Positions 37,160 to 45,617 of a DNA stretch of 64,000 nt are shown here, piece after piece. Position 1 is the stretch's first letter. Each line of letters starts with the position of its first letter. Location of the stretch: the NCBI GenBank assembly GCA_016699575.1, contig CP064979.1:2707982-2771981 (forward strand), read 5' to 3'. The notes beneath the pieces are model-generated. The model ran no database searches. It was given only the letters and a program-made list of their open reading frames with translations, and was not told where the DNA came from. This stretch comes from Flavobacteriales bacterium (GTDB lineage Bacteria > Bacteroidota > Bacteroidia > Flavobacteriales_F > PHOS-HE28). The translations under genes were made by a program, and so were the position numbers.

Positions 37160-38611
37160 TCAGAACGGCTGCGTGAAGTGCAGGTAGATCCCCTGCTCCC
37201 CGATGGAATTGAAGCTGTACTCGAGCCGTATGATCTGATCATAGCTCGTCACCAGGTCCAGCCCCAGGCCGCTGCCGCTCTGCCATTCGTTGTCCAGGAA
37301 GTTGCGCTCGGCGTAACGTGCGTCCCACACGTGCCCGGCATCCACAAAGGCATGCAGGTAGAGCGCCAGGTTGAAGGTGCGGAACTCCTCCAGCGGCATG
37401 AACTCGGCGCGGCGCACCAGCGGTTTCACTAGCGTGTACACGATGTTGGCGCGCCCCAGCAGCCAGTGCTGGCCATCGATCACATAGTACTCGAAGCCGC
37501 GCACCGCGTTGCTGCTGTAGCCCAGGCCTTCCTGCGTGAAGTAGGGCACCGGACCGCCGAACGTCGCTTTGCCGCGCACGCTGGCGTTGAAGGTGTAGCG
37601 CTCGCGCACGGGCAGCCACTTGTTCACGCTGGCGAAGACCGTGGTGGTGTTGGGCGCTTGCTCATCGAGCAGGCCCAGGCCGTTGCGCAGCACGCGCAGG
37701 TCCGCGAAGTGGCCGCGGCGCGGGAAGACCCGCACATCGCGGCGGTCCCACGACACGGTATAGCCCAGCGAGAGGAAGCGCGTGTGCGTGGCCGTGTCGT
37801 TGAAGTAGTCCGGTGCACGCAGGGCCACGCTGTCCACCACATCGGCCTGGGTGAAGCCCAGGCGCAGCGAGTGCCGCACGTCGTGTTGGCGCCGGTACGT
37901 CACCTCCACGTCGGCATGCGTTTCCTCGCGCGCATTGCCTTTCGTCGGGCTGTGGAAGACGCGCACATTGTCCACTGTGCCGATGGTGATCTCCTTCTGC
38001 TGGAACCAGCCGCCGCCCACGCTCATGCCCCAGTGTTGTTTGCGATCGATCCACGGCACACGGTAGCGTAGGCCGAACTGCTGCGCATAACCGAACTGCA
38101 GTTGCAGGAACACCGTCTCGTTGCGGCCGCGGAAGTTGTACTTCGTGAGGAAGATGCCGTAGTTGAGCCGTGATGGATCGCGAGTGCGCCACCATGTGTT
38201 GAAGTTCGGATCGGCCAGTTCGAAGATCGGATTGGGCCACAGGTACCACCGTTCGTTCACCGTCACTTCGATGATGGCTTCCGTGGGGCTCACCCACAGC
38301 GGCAGCACCTGCACGGTGTTGAAGAGCCCGAGGTTCTGGAGGTTCTGCCGGCTGCGGTCCAGCTCGCGGTACAACGCCTTCACACCGAGCGTGTCGCCTT
38401 CGCGCACGGTGAGCTCGCGCAGGATGATGTGTTCCTTGGTGGTCTTGTTGCCGTTCACGGTACCGCCCAGCACCACCACGGGGAGATCCACCTGTGGCGT
38501 GTCCGGCTGGAACTGGGCTGACCCTATGTGAGGCAACAGGCACACGGCCGCGCAGACCACCGCAGTTAGGATGCTTCGGCTGCTCAGGTGGAACGGTCGG
38601 TGCATGGGCAC
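37160..38611 (-). CDS. Omp85-superfamily outer-membrane protein (BamA/TamA/ShlB-like; POTRA + beta-barrel)
   Basis: Signal peptide, POTRA-like segment (EHIILRELTVREGDTLGVKALYRELDRSRQNLQNLGLFNTVQV), C-terminal barrel with alternating aromatic pattern, terminal F. Confidence 0.7.
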   Translation of the reverse strand: MPMHRPFHLSSRSILTAVVCAAVCLLPHIGSAQFQPDTPQVDLPVVVLGGTVNGNKTTKEHIILRELTVREGDTLGVKALYRELDRSRQNLQNLGLFNTVQVLPLWVSPTEAIIEVTVNERWYLWPNPIFELADPNFNTWWRTRDPSRLNYGIFLTKYNFRGRNETVFLQLQFGYAQQFGLRYRVPWIDRKQHWGMSVGGGWFQQKEITIGTVDNVRVFHSPTKGNAREETHADVEVTYRRQHDVRHSLRLGFTQADVVDSVALRAPDYFNDTATHTRFLSLGYTVSWDRRDVRVFPRRGHFADLRVLRNGLGLLDEQAPNTTTVFASVNKWLPVRERYTFNASVRGKATFGGPVPYFTQEGLGYSSNAVRGFEYYVIDGQHWLLGRANIVYTLVKPLVRRAEFMPLEEFRTFNLALYLHAFVDAGHVWDARYAERNFLDNEWQSGSGLGLDLVTSYDQIIRLEYSFNSIGEQGIYLHFTQPF

Positions 38612-38620
38612 CCGTGTCGA

Positions 38621-39283
38621 TCAGATGTCCAGGTAGCGCATCAGCTCGTCGTAGCGCTCCTTCAGGTTGTCGTGGAAGCGCGAGCCCTGGTAGGTGTTCT
38701 TGACGAAGATGTCGTGCCGCTCGAAGCCCGCCAGCACATCGCTGATGTCCTCACGGTTGATCTTCAGCGTTACTTCCACGCGCACACTGTCCGGCAGGGT
38801 GTGCGTGTACACGCTAAGGACCTTCGCGTCGTTGCCTTCCACGATGCCCGCTATACGGTGCAGGCTGTAGTCCACGCTGTTCAGTTCGAGCACCACCACG
38901 CTGCCGGGCTGGTTGATGTTGGCCACTTCGCTCAGCCTGCGCAGCGCCTCGTGCTCACCGATCGTGCCCAGGAACTGGCCCATGTCGTCGAGCACCGGCA
39001 CCACGGTGAGGTTCTGCTCGCTGAACACCTTCATGACGTCGTAGATGTGCTGTCCGCCGCGCACGAAGGCGTGCGTGAACCGGTCGCGCACGCTGTCCAG
39101 CATGGCCGCGGCATCGCCGTTGTCCACAAGCGCGCTGTCCTGCACAACGCCCACCAGACGCTTGTTCTCCACCACGGGCAGGTGGTTCACCTTGAATTCT
39201 TCCATCCAGTCGAGCGCGCGGCCGATGGTGTCGCTGGTGCGCAACGGTGGGATATCGTCGGTGATGAGGTCGATGGCGTGCAT
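38621..39283 (-). CDS. CBS-domain pair protein
   Basis: Two CBS motifs ([14 protein letters not shown] ... [17 protein letters not shown]) followed by a C-terminal regulatory-type domain. Confidence 0.75.
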   Translation of the reverse strand: MHAIDLITDDIPPLRTSDTIGRALDWMEEFKVNHLPVVENKRLVGVVQDSALVDNGDAAAMLDSVRDRFTHAFVRGGQHIYDVMKVFSEQNLTVVPVLDDMGQFLGTIGEHEALRRLSEVANINQPGSVVVLELNSVDYSLHRIAGIVEGNDAKVLSVYTHTLPDSVRVEVTLKINREDISDVLAGFERHDIFVKNTYQGSRFHDNLKERYDELMRYLDI

Positions 39284-39365
39284 CTATCGCGGGATCGTGC
39301 TTCTACTTTTGGGCCGTCGTGCCAAAGGCTTCCAGCCTGTGCGCGGCCAAGGTAGAAGCGTAACC

Positions 39366-40085
39366 GTGACCCGTCTCAGCGTCAATATCAACAAGCTCGC
39401 CACGTTGCGCAATGCACGCGGCGGCAACAACCCCGATGTGGTGCAATGGGCCGTGGACATCCAGCGCATGGGCGCGCACGGCATCACCGTGCATCCCCGG
39501 CCGGATGAACGCCACATCCGCCGCAGCGACGTGTACGCGCTGAAGGAAGCCGTTCACACCGAGTTCAACATCGAAGGCTATCCCAGCGACGACTTCATCG
39601 GGCTGGTGATGAACGTGAAGCCGCACCAGGTGACGCTGGTGCCCGATCCGCCGGGCGTGCTTACCAGCAACGCCGGCTGGGACACGCTGAAGCACCGCGA
39701 CTTCCTCCGCACCGTGTTGGCGCGGTTCAAGGACGCGGGCATCCGCACCAGCGTCTTCATCGGCACCGATGCGGACATGATCGCGGGCGCGGCGGAGACC
39801 GGTAACGATCGCATCGAGCTCTACACCGAGCCATACGCGGCCAATTTTCACAAGGACCGGCAGAACGCCGTGCTGCCGTTCAGCATTGCCGCCAAGCATG
39901 CCACTTCGCTGGGCTTGGGCATCAACGCGGGCCACGACCTCGACCTCCACAACCTCCGGCATTTCCAGGAGAACGTGCCCGGCCTGCTGGAAGTATCCAT
40001 CGGCCACGCGCTCGTGTGCGATGCGCTGCGCTACGGCATGGCGAACACCGTTGAACTCTACCTGCGCGAACTACAGCAACACTAG
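39366..40085 (+). CDS. pdxJ: pyridoxine 5'-phosphate synthase
   Basis: [25 protein letters not shown] is the canonical PdxJ N-terminus (GTG start inferred at 39366). [13 protein letters not shown] motifs; length 239 aa. Confidence 0.9.
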   Translation: MTRLSVNINKLATLRNARGGNNPDVVQWAVDIQRMGAHGITVHPRPDERHIRRSDVYALKEAVHTEFNIEGYPSDDFIGLVMNVKPHQVTLVPDPPGVLTSNAGWDTLKHRDFLRTVLARFKDAGIRTSVFIGTDADMIAGAAETGNDRIELYTEPYAANFHKDRQNAVLPFSIAAKHATSLGLGINAGHDLDLHNLRHFQENVPGLLEVSIGHALVCDALRYGMANTVELYLRELQQH

Positions 40086-40119
40086 CTCATTGGTTCTGTC
40101 CAGATGAGGAACTTAATGA

Positions 40120-40210
40120 AGTATCACACGGAGGCACAGAGGCACGGAGACCCATCGGACATCCTGACCCAACTGGCGCTCCGTGCCTCTGTGCCTCTGT
40201 GTGGGATCCT
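40120..40210. repeat. intergenic palindromic repeat, family C copy 3 (CACACGGAGGCACAGAGGCACGGAG ... CTCCGTGCCTCTGTGCCTCTGTGTG)
   Basis: Perfect 25-bp reverse-complement arms around a 41-nt spacer; shares the CACAGAGGCAC motif with copies at 31441 and 32880. Confidence 0.7.
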
Positions 40211-40246
40211 CCTTGGTCGCCATGTTTTCATGGTTCATTCAAAGTC

Positions 40247-41017
40247 ATGAGTGCGGTCGCCTTGCATTTCCGCCGCTTGGGCACGGAAGGCCGCACGCCC
40301 ATCGTGGTACTGCACGGCTTGTTCGGCAGTGGCGACAACTGGGGCAGCATCGGCACCGACCTCGCCACCGACTTCGATGTGCTGCTGGTGGACCAGCGCG
40401 ACCACGGCAAGAGCCCACGCACCGAACTGACCGGCTATCCTGAGATGGCCGCCGATGTGCACGCGCTCATCACGTCGCTCGGGTTGACCAACGTGGTGCT
40501 GGTTGGCCACAGCATGGGCGGCAAGACCAGCATGGTGTTCGCGCAGCACTGGCCGGAGGTGTTGAAGCATTTGGTGGTCATCGACATCAGCCCGCGCGAG
40601 CACGAGAACAACCACGCGCACATCCTGCACGCATTGCGCACCGCCGACCTCTCGCCCGGCCGCACACGCAAGGATGTGGAAGAACACATCAAGGCGCACA
40701 TCAAGGAGCCGGGCGTGGTGCAGTTCATCCTTAAGAACCTCTATTGGGAAACCCCCGAGCAGCTGGCTTGGCGCATGAACGTGGAGGGCCTCTACCGGAA
40801 CTTGGGCAACATCCTTGCGCCCATCGGTGCCACCACCGTGCGCGTGCCCACGCTCTTCATCCGCGGCGGCCAGAGCGACTACATCACCCGGGAGGACATC
40901 CCGCAGATCCGTGAGCAGTTCCCCAACAGCCGCATCGAAACCATCGACTATGCCGGGCATTGGGTGCACGCGCAAGCACCGCAGGAAGTGGTACGCATGA
41001 TCAGGGAGGTCGCATGA
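40247..41017 (+). CDS. alpha/beta-fold hydrolase
   Basis: HGLFGS oxyanion region, nucleophile elbow GHSMGG, and a C-terminal His (GHWVHAQAP). Start set at MSAVALHF. Confidence 0.85.
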   Translation: MSAVALHFRRLGTEGRTPIVVLHGLFGSGDNWGSIGTDLATDFDVLLVDQRDHGKSPRTELTGYPEMAADVHALITSLGLTNVVLVGHSMGGKTSMVFAQHWPEVLKHLVVIDISPREHENNHAHILHALRTADLSPGRTRKDVEEHIKAHIKEPGVVQFILKNLYWETPEQLAWRMNVEGLYRNLGNILAPIGATTVRVPTLFIRGGQSDYITREDIPQIREQFPNSRIETIDYAGHWVHAQAPQEVVRMIREVA

Positions 41018-41718
41018 AGCGGGTGCTGCTCATACCGGTCTGCTTGCTCCTCGGCGTGCGTCTCTGCGCCCAAGCGGACTCAACTGCTCAAGTGCTGGAG
41101 GAGGAACGGGTCGATGAGGAAGAGGAGATCGTGGAAGAGAACGACTGGGTGGAGTATGTCGGTGGCTTCGACTTCCGGGAGGGTGTTTATCGCACATGGC
41201 GAGAGTTCCGGTTGAACGCGCCGTCGATACCCTTGGAAGCTTTCCGACGCTCAGATGGCCAACCCATTGAGGATTTTCGAAGGCATGAAGGACGTTTGTT
41301 CATCCTGAACGATTCGACGAAGAACCTTGAGGTCTATCGTGGCCCTATGTGGGGCTTCTGCAGTAGGAACGTTGTTCTCGTTGCTGCGGGCATCGGATAC
41401 AACCGCATCGGCATTATGGGCAGCCTTTGCCACCTCACCTACGAATTCATGACACCTACGGCGGAAAGCATGGGCCGAAGCTTCATTTCGGGAGTGCCTC
41501 AGATGGGCACTATGGTTGCGCAGGCGCTGCTGAACATGGAAACGGGTGAGCTGACCGGATACGATGCCGCCGCACTTCGCGCCGCCATTTCGGGGGATGG
41601 TCAATTGCTCGCTGAGTTCGACGCTTTGCCGAAACGCAAGCGCAACAAACCGGAGACCTTGTTCCAGTTCCTTCGTCACTACAACCAGCGCAACCCTTTG
41701 CGGTTCCCCCCGAGCTGA
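41014..41718 (+). CDS. secreted hypothetical protein
   Basis: ATG overlaps the hydrolase stop (ATGA). Signal peptide MKRVLLIPVCLLLGVRLCAQA, acidic EEERVDEEEEIVEEN segment. Confidence 0.5.
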   Translation: MKRVLLIPVCLLLGVRLCAQADSTAQVLEEERVDEEEEIVEENDWVEYVGGFDFREGVYRTWREFRLNAPSIPLEAFRRSDGQPIEDFRRHEGRLFILNDSTKNLEVYRGPMWGFCSRNVVLVAAGIGYNRIGIMGSLCHLTYEFMTPTAESMGRSFISGVPQMGTMVAQALLNMETGELTGYDAAALRAAISGDGQLLAEFDALPKRKRNKPETLFQFLRHYNQRNPLRFPPS

Positions 41719-41794
41719 ACCCACTCCGGCACGCGATCGGATTTGTCATCCCGAGCGCAGTCGAGGGGTACTTTCGGCCGCCGCAACCACCGCC

Positions 41795-42829
41795 ATGCTC
41801 CGCAAGCTTCTTCTCACGGCATCCATCGTTGTGCCGTCCCTGCTCCTCGCGCAGGACAAACAACGCCTCGTTCCCGCCATCATCGGGTTCTACAACATCG
41901 AGAACCTGTTCGACACCATCAACGACCCCGCCATCAACGACGAAGAGTTCCTGCCCAGAGGCGCCAACCAATGGACAGGCGAGCGTTACCGGATGAAGTT
42001 GCACAACATGGCCAAGGTGATCGGCGAATTGGGCACCGACATCCACCCGCGCGGACCTGCACTACTGGGCCTGGCGGAGGTGGAGAACGGGACGGTGGTG
42101 GAGGATCTGGTCCGCACTGAGCCGCTGACAAGTCGCGGATTGAAGGTCGTGAGCCACGAAGGGCCCGACGAGCGCGGTGTTGATGTGGCCTTCATCTACG
42201 ACCCGCAGCAGTTCAAGCTCTTGGGGCAGAAGGCCTACCGCTTGAACGTGCCCAATGAACCCGACTTCAAGACGCGCGATCAGTTGCTCGTGAGCGGGAT
42301 CCTCGACGGCGACACCATCCACGCTATCGTGGCGCACTGGCCCAGCCGCAGGGGAGGGGAGAAGCGCAGCCGACCATATCGCAACATGGCCGCCGACCTC
42401 GGCCGCCACATCATCGATTCGCTCACCGCGCGCAACCCCAACGCACGCGTGTTCTACATGGGCGACCTCAACGACGATCCCATCAACGAGAGCGTGCGCA
42501 AGCACATGAAAGCCGTCGGCGACAAGAACGCCGCCAAAGGGGAACTGCTCTATGGCCCGATGGACAAGTACTACAAGGACGGCATCGGCACGCTGGCATG
42601 GCGCGATAGCTGGAACCTGTTCGATCAGATCATCCTGACACCGGCCCTGTGCACCGGCGATGGCGGCCGATACAAGCACCACGGCACCTTCATCCACAAC
42701 AAGCCGTACATGCGCCAGAAGGAGGGCAACTTCGAGGGCTATCCCTTCCGCACGTTCGTCGGTAACCAGTTCATGAACGGTTACAGCGACCACTTCCCCG
42801 TGTATGTAGTGCTCACCCGGCCGGAGTAG
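41795..42829 (+). CDS. endonuclease/exonuclease/phosphatase (EEP) family secreted protein
   Basis: Signal peptide MLRKLLLTASIVVPSLLLAQ. EEP motifs: GFYNIENLF, LLGLAEVEN, IVAHWPSRRGG, GDLNDDP, SDHFPV. Confidence 0.8.
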   Translation: MLRKLLLTASIVVPSLLLAQDKQRLVPAIIGFYNIENLFDTINDPAINDEEFLPRGANQWTGERYRMKLHNMAKVIGELGTDIHPRGPALLGLAEVENGTVVEDLVRTEPLTSRGLKVVSHEGPDERGVDVAFIYDPQQFKLLGQKAYRLNVPNEPDFKTRDQLLVSGILDGDTIHAIVAHWPSRRGGEKRSRPYRNMAADLGRHIIDSLTARNPNARVFYMGDLNDDPINESVRKHMKAVGDKNAAKGELLYGPMDKYYKDGIGTLAWRDSWNLFDQIILTPALCTGDGGRYKHHGTFIHNKPYMRQKEGNFEGYPFRTFVGNQFMNGYSDHFPVYVVLTRPE

Positions 42830-42840
42830 GGCAGGACCGG

Positions 42841-42880
42841 AACGAAGAAGGCCCCCGAGTTGTCGGGGGCCTTCTTCGTT
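42841..42880. terminator. perfect 18-bp stem hairpin between convergent genes (putative bidirectional terminator)
   Basis: AACGAAGAAGGCCCCCGA-gttg-TCGGGGGCCTTCTTCGTT, between the EEP stop (42829) and the T9SS-cargo stop (42894). Confidence 0.6.
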
Positions 42881-42893
42881 GTTAGAGCTCTGA

Positions 42894-44234
42894 TCAGCGC
42901 TGCACCATCACACGCACCGTGCCGATCGCACCGCCCGTGTTGAGCACCAGGCTGTATGCTCCAGGAGCAAGTGCGGAAACCTCCACCGTGCTGCGCATGC
43001 TGTTCATTTGGCCATTGAGCACTGTGCGGCCAGTGGCGTCCACCATGGTGAAGATGGCGTTGCCGTTCGGCAGCACAACGTTCAGCACATCAGCGGTCGG
43101 GTTCGGGAAGACTTCCACGCCGAAGCTCGCGGCATCGGAGATGCCTGATCCAGCGGTGATATCGCTCAGTTGGCGCGGTTCGATCTTGCGCGATCCGTTG
43201 GCCCAGTGCATCACGCCGGTAACATCGTAGTAGTTGCCGACGGTGGGAGCATAGAGGTACATGAGGTCGTCGATAGCCATGGAACCCTGCCAGCTGGTGC
43301 CCGTCCATTCGAAGAACGTTACAAGGTCAGGGAGGTTCATGCATTGCAGGCTGTTGATGTGGCACAGGACGCCCTCCCATTGCTCATCTGCGGCGGCCAC
43401 GGGGTCCAGCACCTGGGGCGCGGGTTCCGGGTATTGGCCCACCACCACAAGGTTGGTCACGTTGGTCAGCTCCGTGGTGCCGTTGAATTCGGCAACCGTT
43501 GCCGTGAAGGTCACGCTGTCGCCCAGGGCCACTACCGAGGTGTTGTCGAACGCGTAGACACCGCTCCAAGGGCCGGTGCCCGCTTGCACGAACCAGGAGT
43601 TGGTCCCGGCCGTGTCAACGCCGGTGACGATGCCGCCCGTGTTCACCACTTGGTTCATCAAGGGCGAATTGCCGCTCACATCGGTGGTGAATTGGATCTC
43701 GTAGATGCTGGCGTCCACCGGTGGGTTGATGATGCCGGAGGTGATGTTGACGTCGTCGATGACCAGATGCTCGGGGCCGCTGGTGAGCTGCACGCTCAGT
43801 ATGAACTCCGCTGCGGTGGTGTCGTTGGCGCAGGTGATCTGTTGCGTCACCTGGGTCCAGGTGTTGCCCGTGGAAGTGAAGTACGGATTGTAGGAGGCAT
43901 AGCCGGACCCGCTTGTACGACCATCGAACAGTCCTACGCGGACGTTGCCTGATCCGCGTACCCAGAAGCTCACGTCGTACGTGGTGCCATCGACAACCGT
44001 CACCGGCTGCGTTGTGAACCGCTTGTGTGCGCTGGGGCCGTTGATCACGCGCACGGCATAGGTGCCGCCGTGAACGTTCACCGACACTTGCTCAACGCTG
44101 TCGGCGCTGAGGGTCGTTTTGGAGCCCATCCAATCACCGGGCACGGTGTCGGGCCATAGTTCGAAGCCGCTGGTGAATTGGGCGTTGGCGCACATGCCAG
44201 TGGCCAAGGCGGTGAGGAGTAGTGCGTGTTTCAT
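42894..44234 (-). CDS. secreted hypothetical protein with T9SS type-A C-terminal sorting domain
   Basis: Signal peptide MKHALLLTALATGMCANAQ; C-terminal VFPNPTADVLNVVLPNGNAIFTMVDATGRTVLNGQMNSMRSTVEVSALAPGAYSLVLNT is a classic Por_Secre_tail. Confidence 0.75.
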   Translation of the reverse strand: MKHALLLTALATGMCANAQFTSGFELWPDTVPGDWMGSKTTLSADSVEQVSVNVHGGTYAVRVINGPSAHKRFTTQPVTVVDGTTYDVSFWVRGSGNVRVGLFDGRTSGSGYASYNPYFTSTGNTWTQVTQQITCANDTTAAEFILSVQLTSGPEHLVIDDVNITSGIINPPVDASIYEIQFTTDVSGNSPLMNQVVNTGGIVTGVDTAGTNSWFVQAGTGPWSGVYAFDNTSVVALGDSVTFTATVAEFNGTTELTNVTNLVVVGQYPEPAPQVLDPVAAADEQWEGVLCHINSLQCMNLPDLVTFFEWTGTSWQGSMAIDDLMYLYAPTVGNYYDVTGVMHWANGSRKIEPRQLSDITAGSGISDAASFGVEVFPNPTADVLNVVLPNGNAIFTMVDATGRTVLNGQMNSMRSTVEVSALAPGAYSLVLNTGGAIGTVRVMVQR

Positions 44235-44282
44235 GCGTTGGGCGCGTTGAAGGGTTGGTGTTGGGCTGTCCGGGCGTGGCGA

Positions 44283-45614
44283 TCAGTTCAATTGAACATC
44301 ATCCACGCGCATGTTGGTGTCTTGATTGTTGGGGCCACTGCCGGTGTAGCGGAAGCCGACCACGAAGCCGCCGCTGTATCCGTTGGGCAGCAGGCTGGTC
44401 AGGTCGATGATGCCGCTGTCCACCCATACGAAGTCGGCCGTACCGTCGTCGGCATAGGTGCAGGACACCGGTGCCCAGTTGGCCGTGCTGAGGTTGGTGC
44501 CATCGAAGTCGGTGCAGATGAACAAGGCGAACGGATCGTGGCCCGCATCGCCGAAGGCCCGTTGGGTCTTGAACTGCAAGGTGTTGCTGCCGTTCGCCTG
44601 CATGTTCGGGCTCACGAGCCAGCTTACGGTGGTGGCCGCCGTGCTGGTGTAGGCACTGCCTTGCGCGAAGAGTTCAGCTTGGAAGGCCCCGCCGCGCCAC
44701 ACGCGCAGATCGCTCGATTGGGTGCCGTTGTACCAGCACGCCAGGTCGATGTTGGTATTGGCCGTAACGGTGCTGAAGTCTTCTTGCACGCCGCCTGTGG
44801 GCGGGCAAGGCTGGAAGGGCAGCGGACATGGATCGCAACGGTCGCCGAAGAGCGCTACCTCAGCCAGGTTGCGGATGATGAGCTGGTTGGTGCCATTGTA
44901 TTGGCCAAGAATACCGGTGAAGGTGCCATTGCCGGCCGCCAGTGGCGTGTTGGCGAAGTTGGCATAGCCGCTGCTGCGTACGATGATGCTGTTGGTGCAG
45001 TCGCCCATGTACCGGTCCACGGAGTTCTGCCCGACCGCATCGGCGTAGGTGAGCCCGTTGCACGCGTCATTCTGGTCGAATTCAACCCCCACGATACGAA
45101 TGAGCATGCTTTGCAGCGTATCGAGGCCGAAACCGTTCAAATGCGATTGGTTGAGCTCCGCGATGGTCATTTCCAGTGGCTCCACATGGTTCAGCGTGCT
45201 CTGCTTCACCACGTTGTTGTCCACGTCCACGGAATCGAGCTGCAGCACACCGTTGTATTGGCTCAGCGTGGTGCCCGGCAGGTAGATGCGCACGCGATCG
45301 CCCTGGTAAAGACCACCGCTGTTCTTCAAACGTACGTTGATGGCCTGGCCACCGTCCTGCATGTACACGTTCTTGTAGAGGTTGCCGTTCTGCTCGTCGG
45401 CCGTGATGGTGCCGTAAACGCTCAATGGCGCTGTGAAGCGAACTGCAATTTGTCCGCTGTCGGCGAACATCTGCCGCAGGTCGCGGACGGTGATGACCGC
45501 GCTGTCCGGGATGCTTGCGATCGGCGGTGTGTCGAATTCCTTGTCGCACGAAGCGAAGAGCGACAAGGCGCCCAGGGCGAAGAACAAGTTGCGCACGGAA
45601 AAGGTGTTGTTCAT
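44283..45614 (-). CDS. cell-surface lipoprotein (DUF5689/choice-of-anchor-J-like), encoded 3 nt downstream of a TonB-dependent receptor
   Basis: Lipobox MNNTFSVRNLFFALGALSLFASC; C-terminal FVVGFRYTGSGPNNQDTNMRVDDVQLN resembles the choice-of-anchor J domain end. Confidence 0.6.
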   Translation of the reverse strand: MNNTFSVRNLFFALGALSLFASCDKEFDTPPIASIPDSAVITVRDLRQMFADSGQIAVRFTAPLSVYGTITADEQNGNLYKNVYMQDGGQAINVRLKNSGGLYQGDRVRIYLPGTTLSQYNGVLQLDSVDVDNNVVKQSTLNHVEPLEMTIAELNQSHLNGFGLDTLQSMLIRIVGVEFDQNDACNGLTYADAVGQNSVDRYMGDCTNSIIVRSSGYANFANTPLAAGNGTFTGILGQYNGTNQLIIRNLAEVALFGDRCDPCPLPFQPCPPTGGVQEDFSTVTANTNIDLACWYNGTQSSDLRVWRGGAFQAELFAQGSAYTSTAATTVSWLVSPNMQANGSNTLQFKTQRAFGDAGHDPFALFICTDFDGTNLSTANWAPVSCTYADDGTADFVWVDSGIIDLTSLLPNGYSGGFVVGFRYTGSGPNNQDTNMRVDDVQLN

Positions 45615-45617
45615 GGA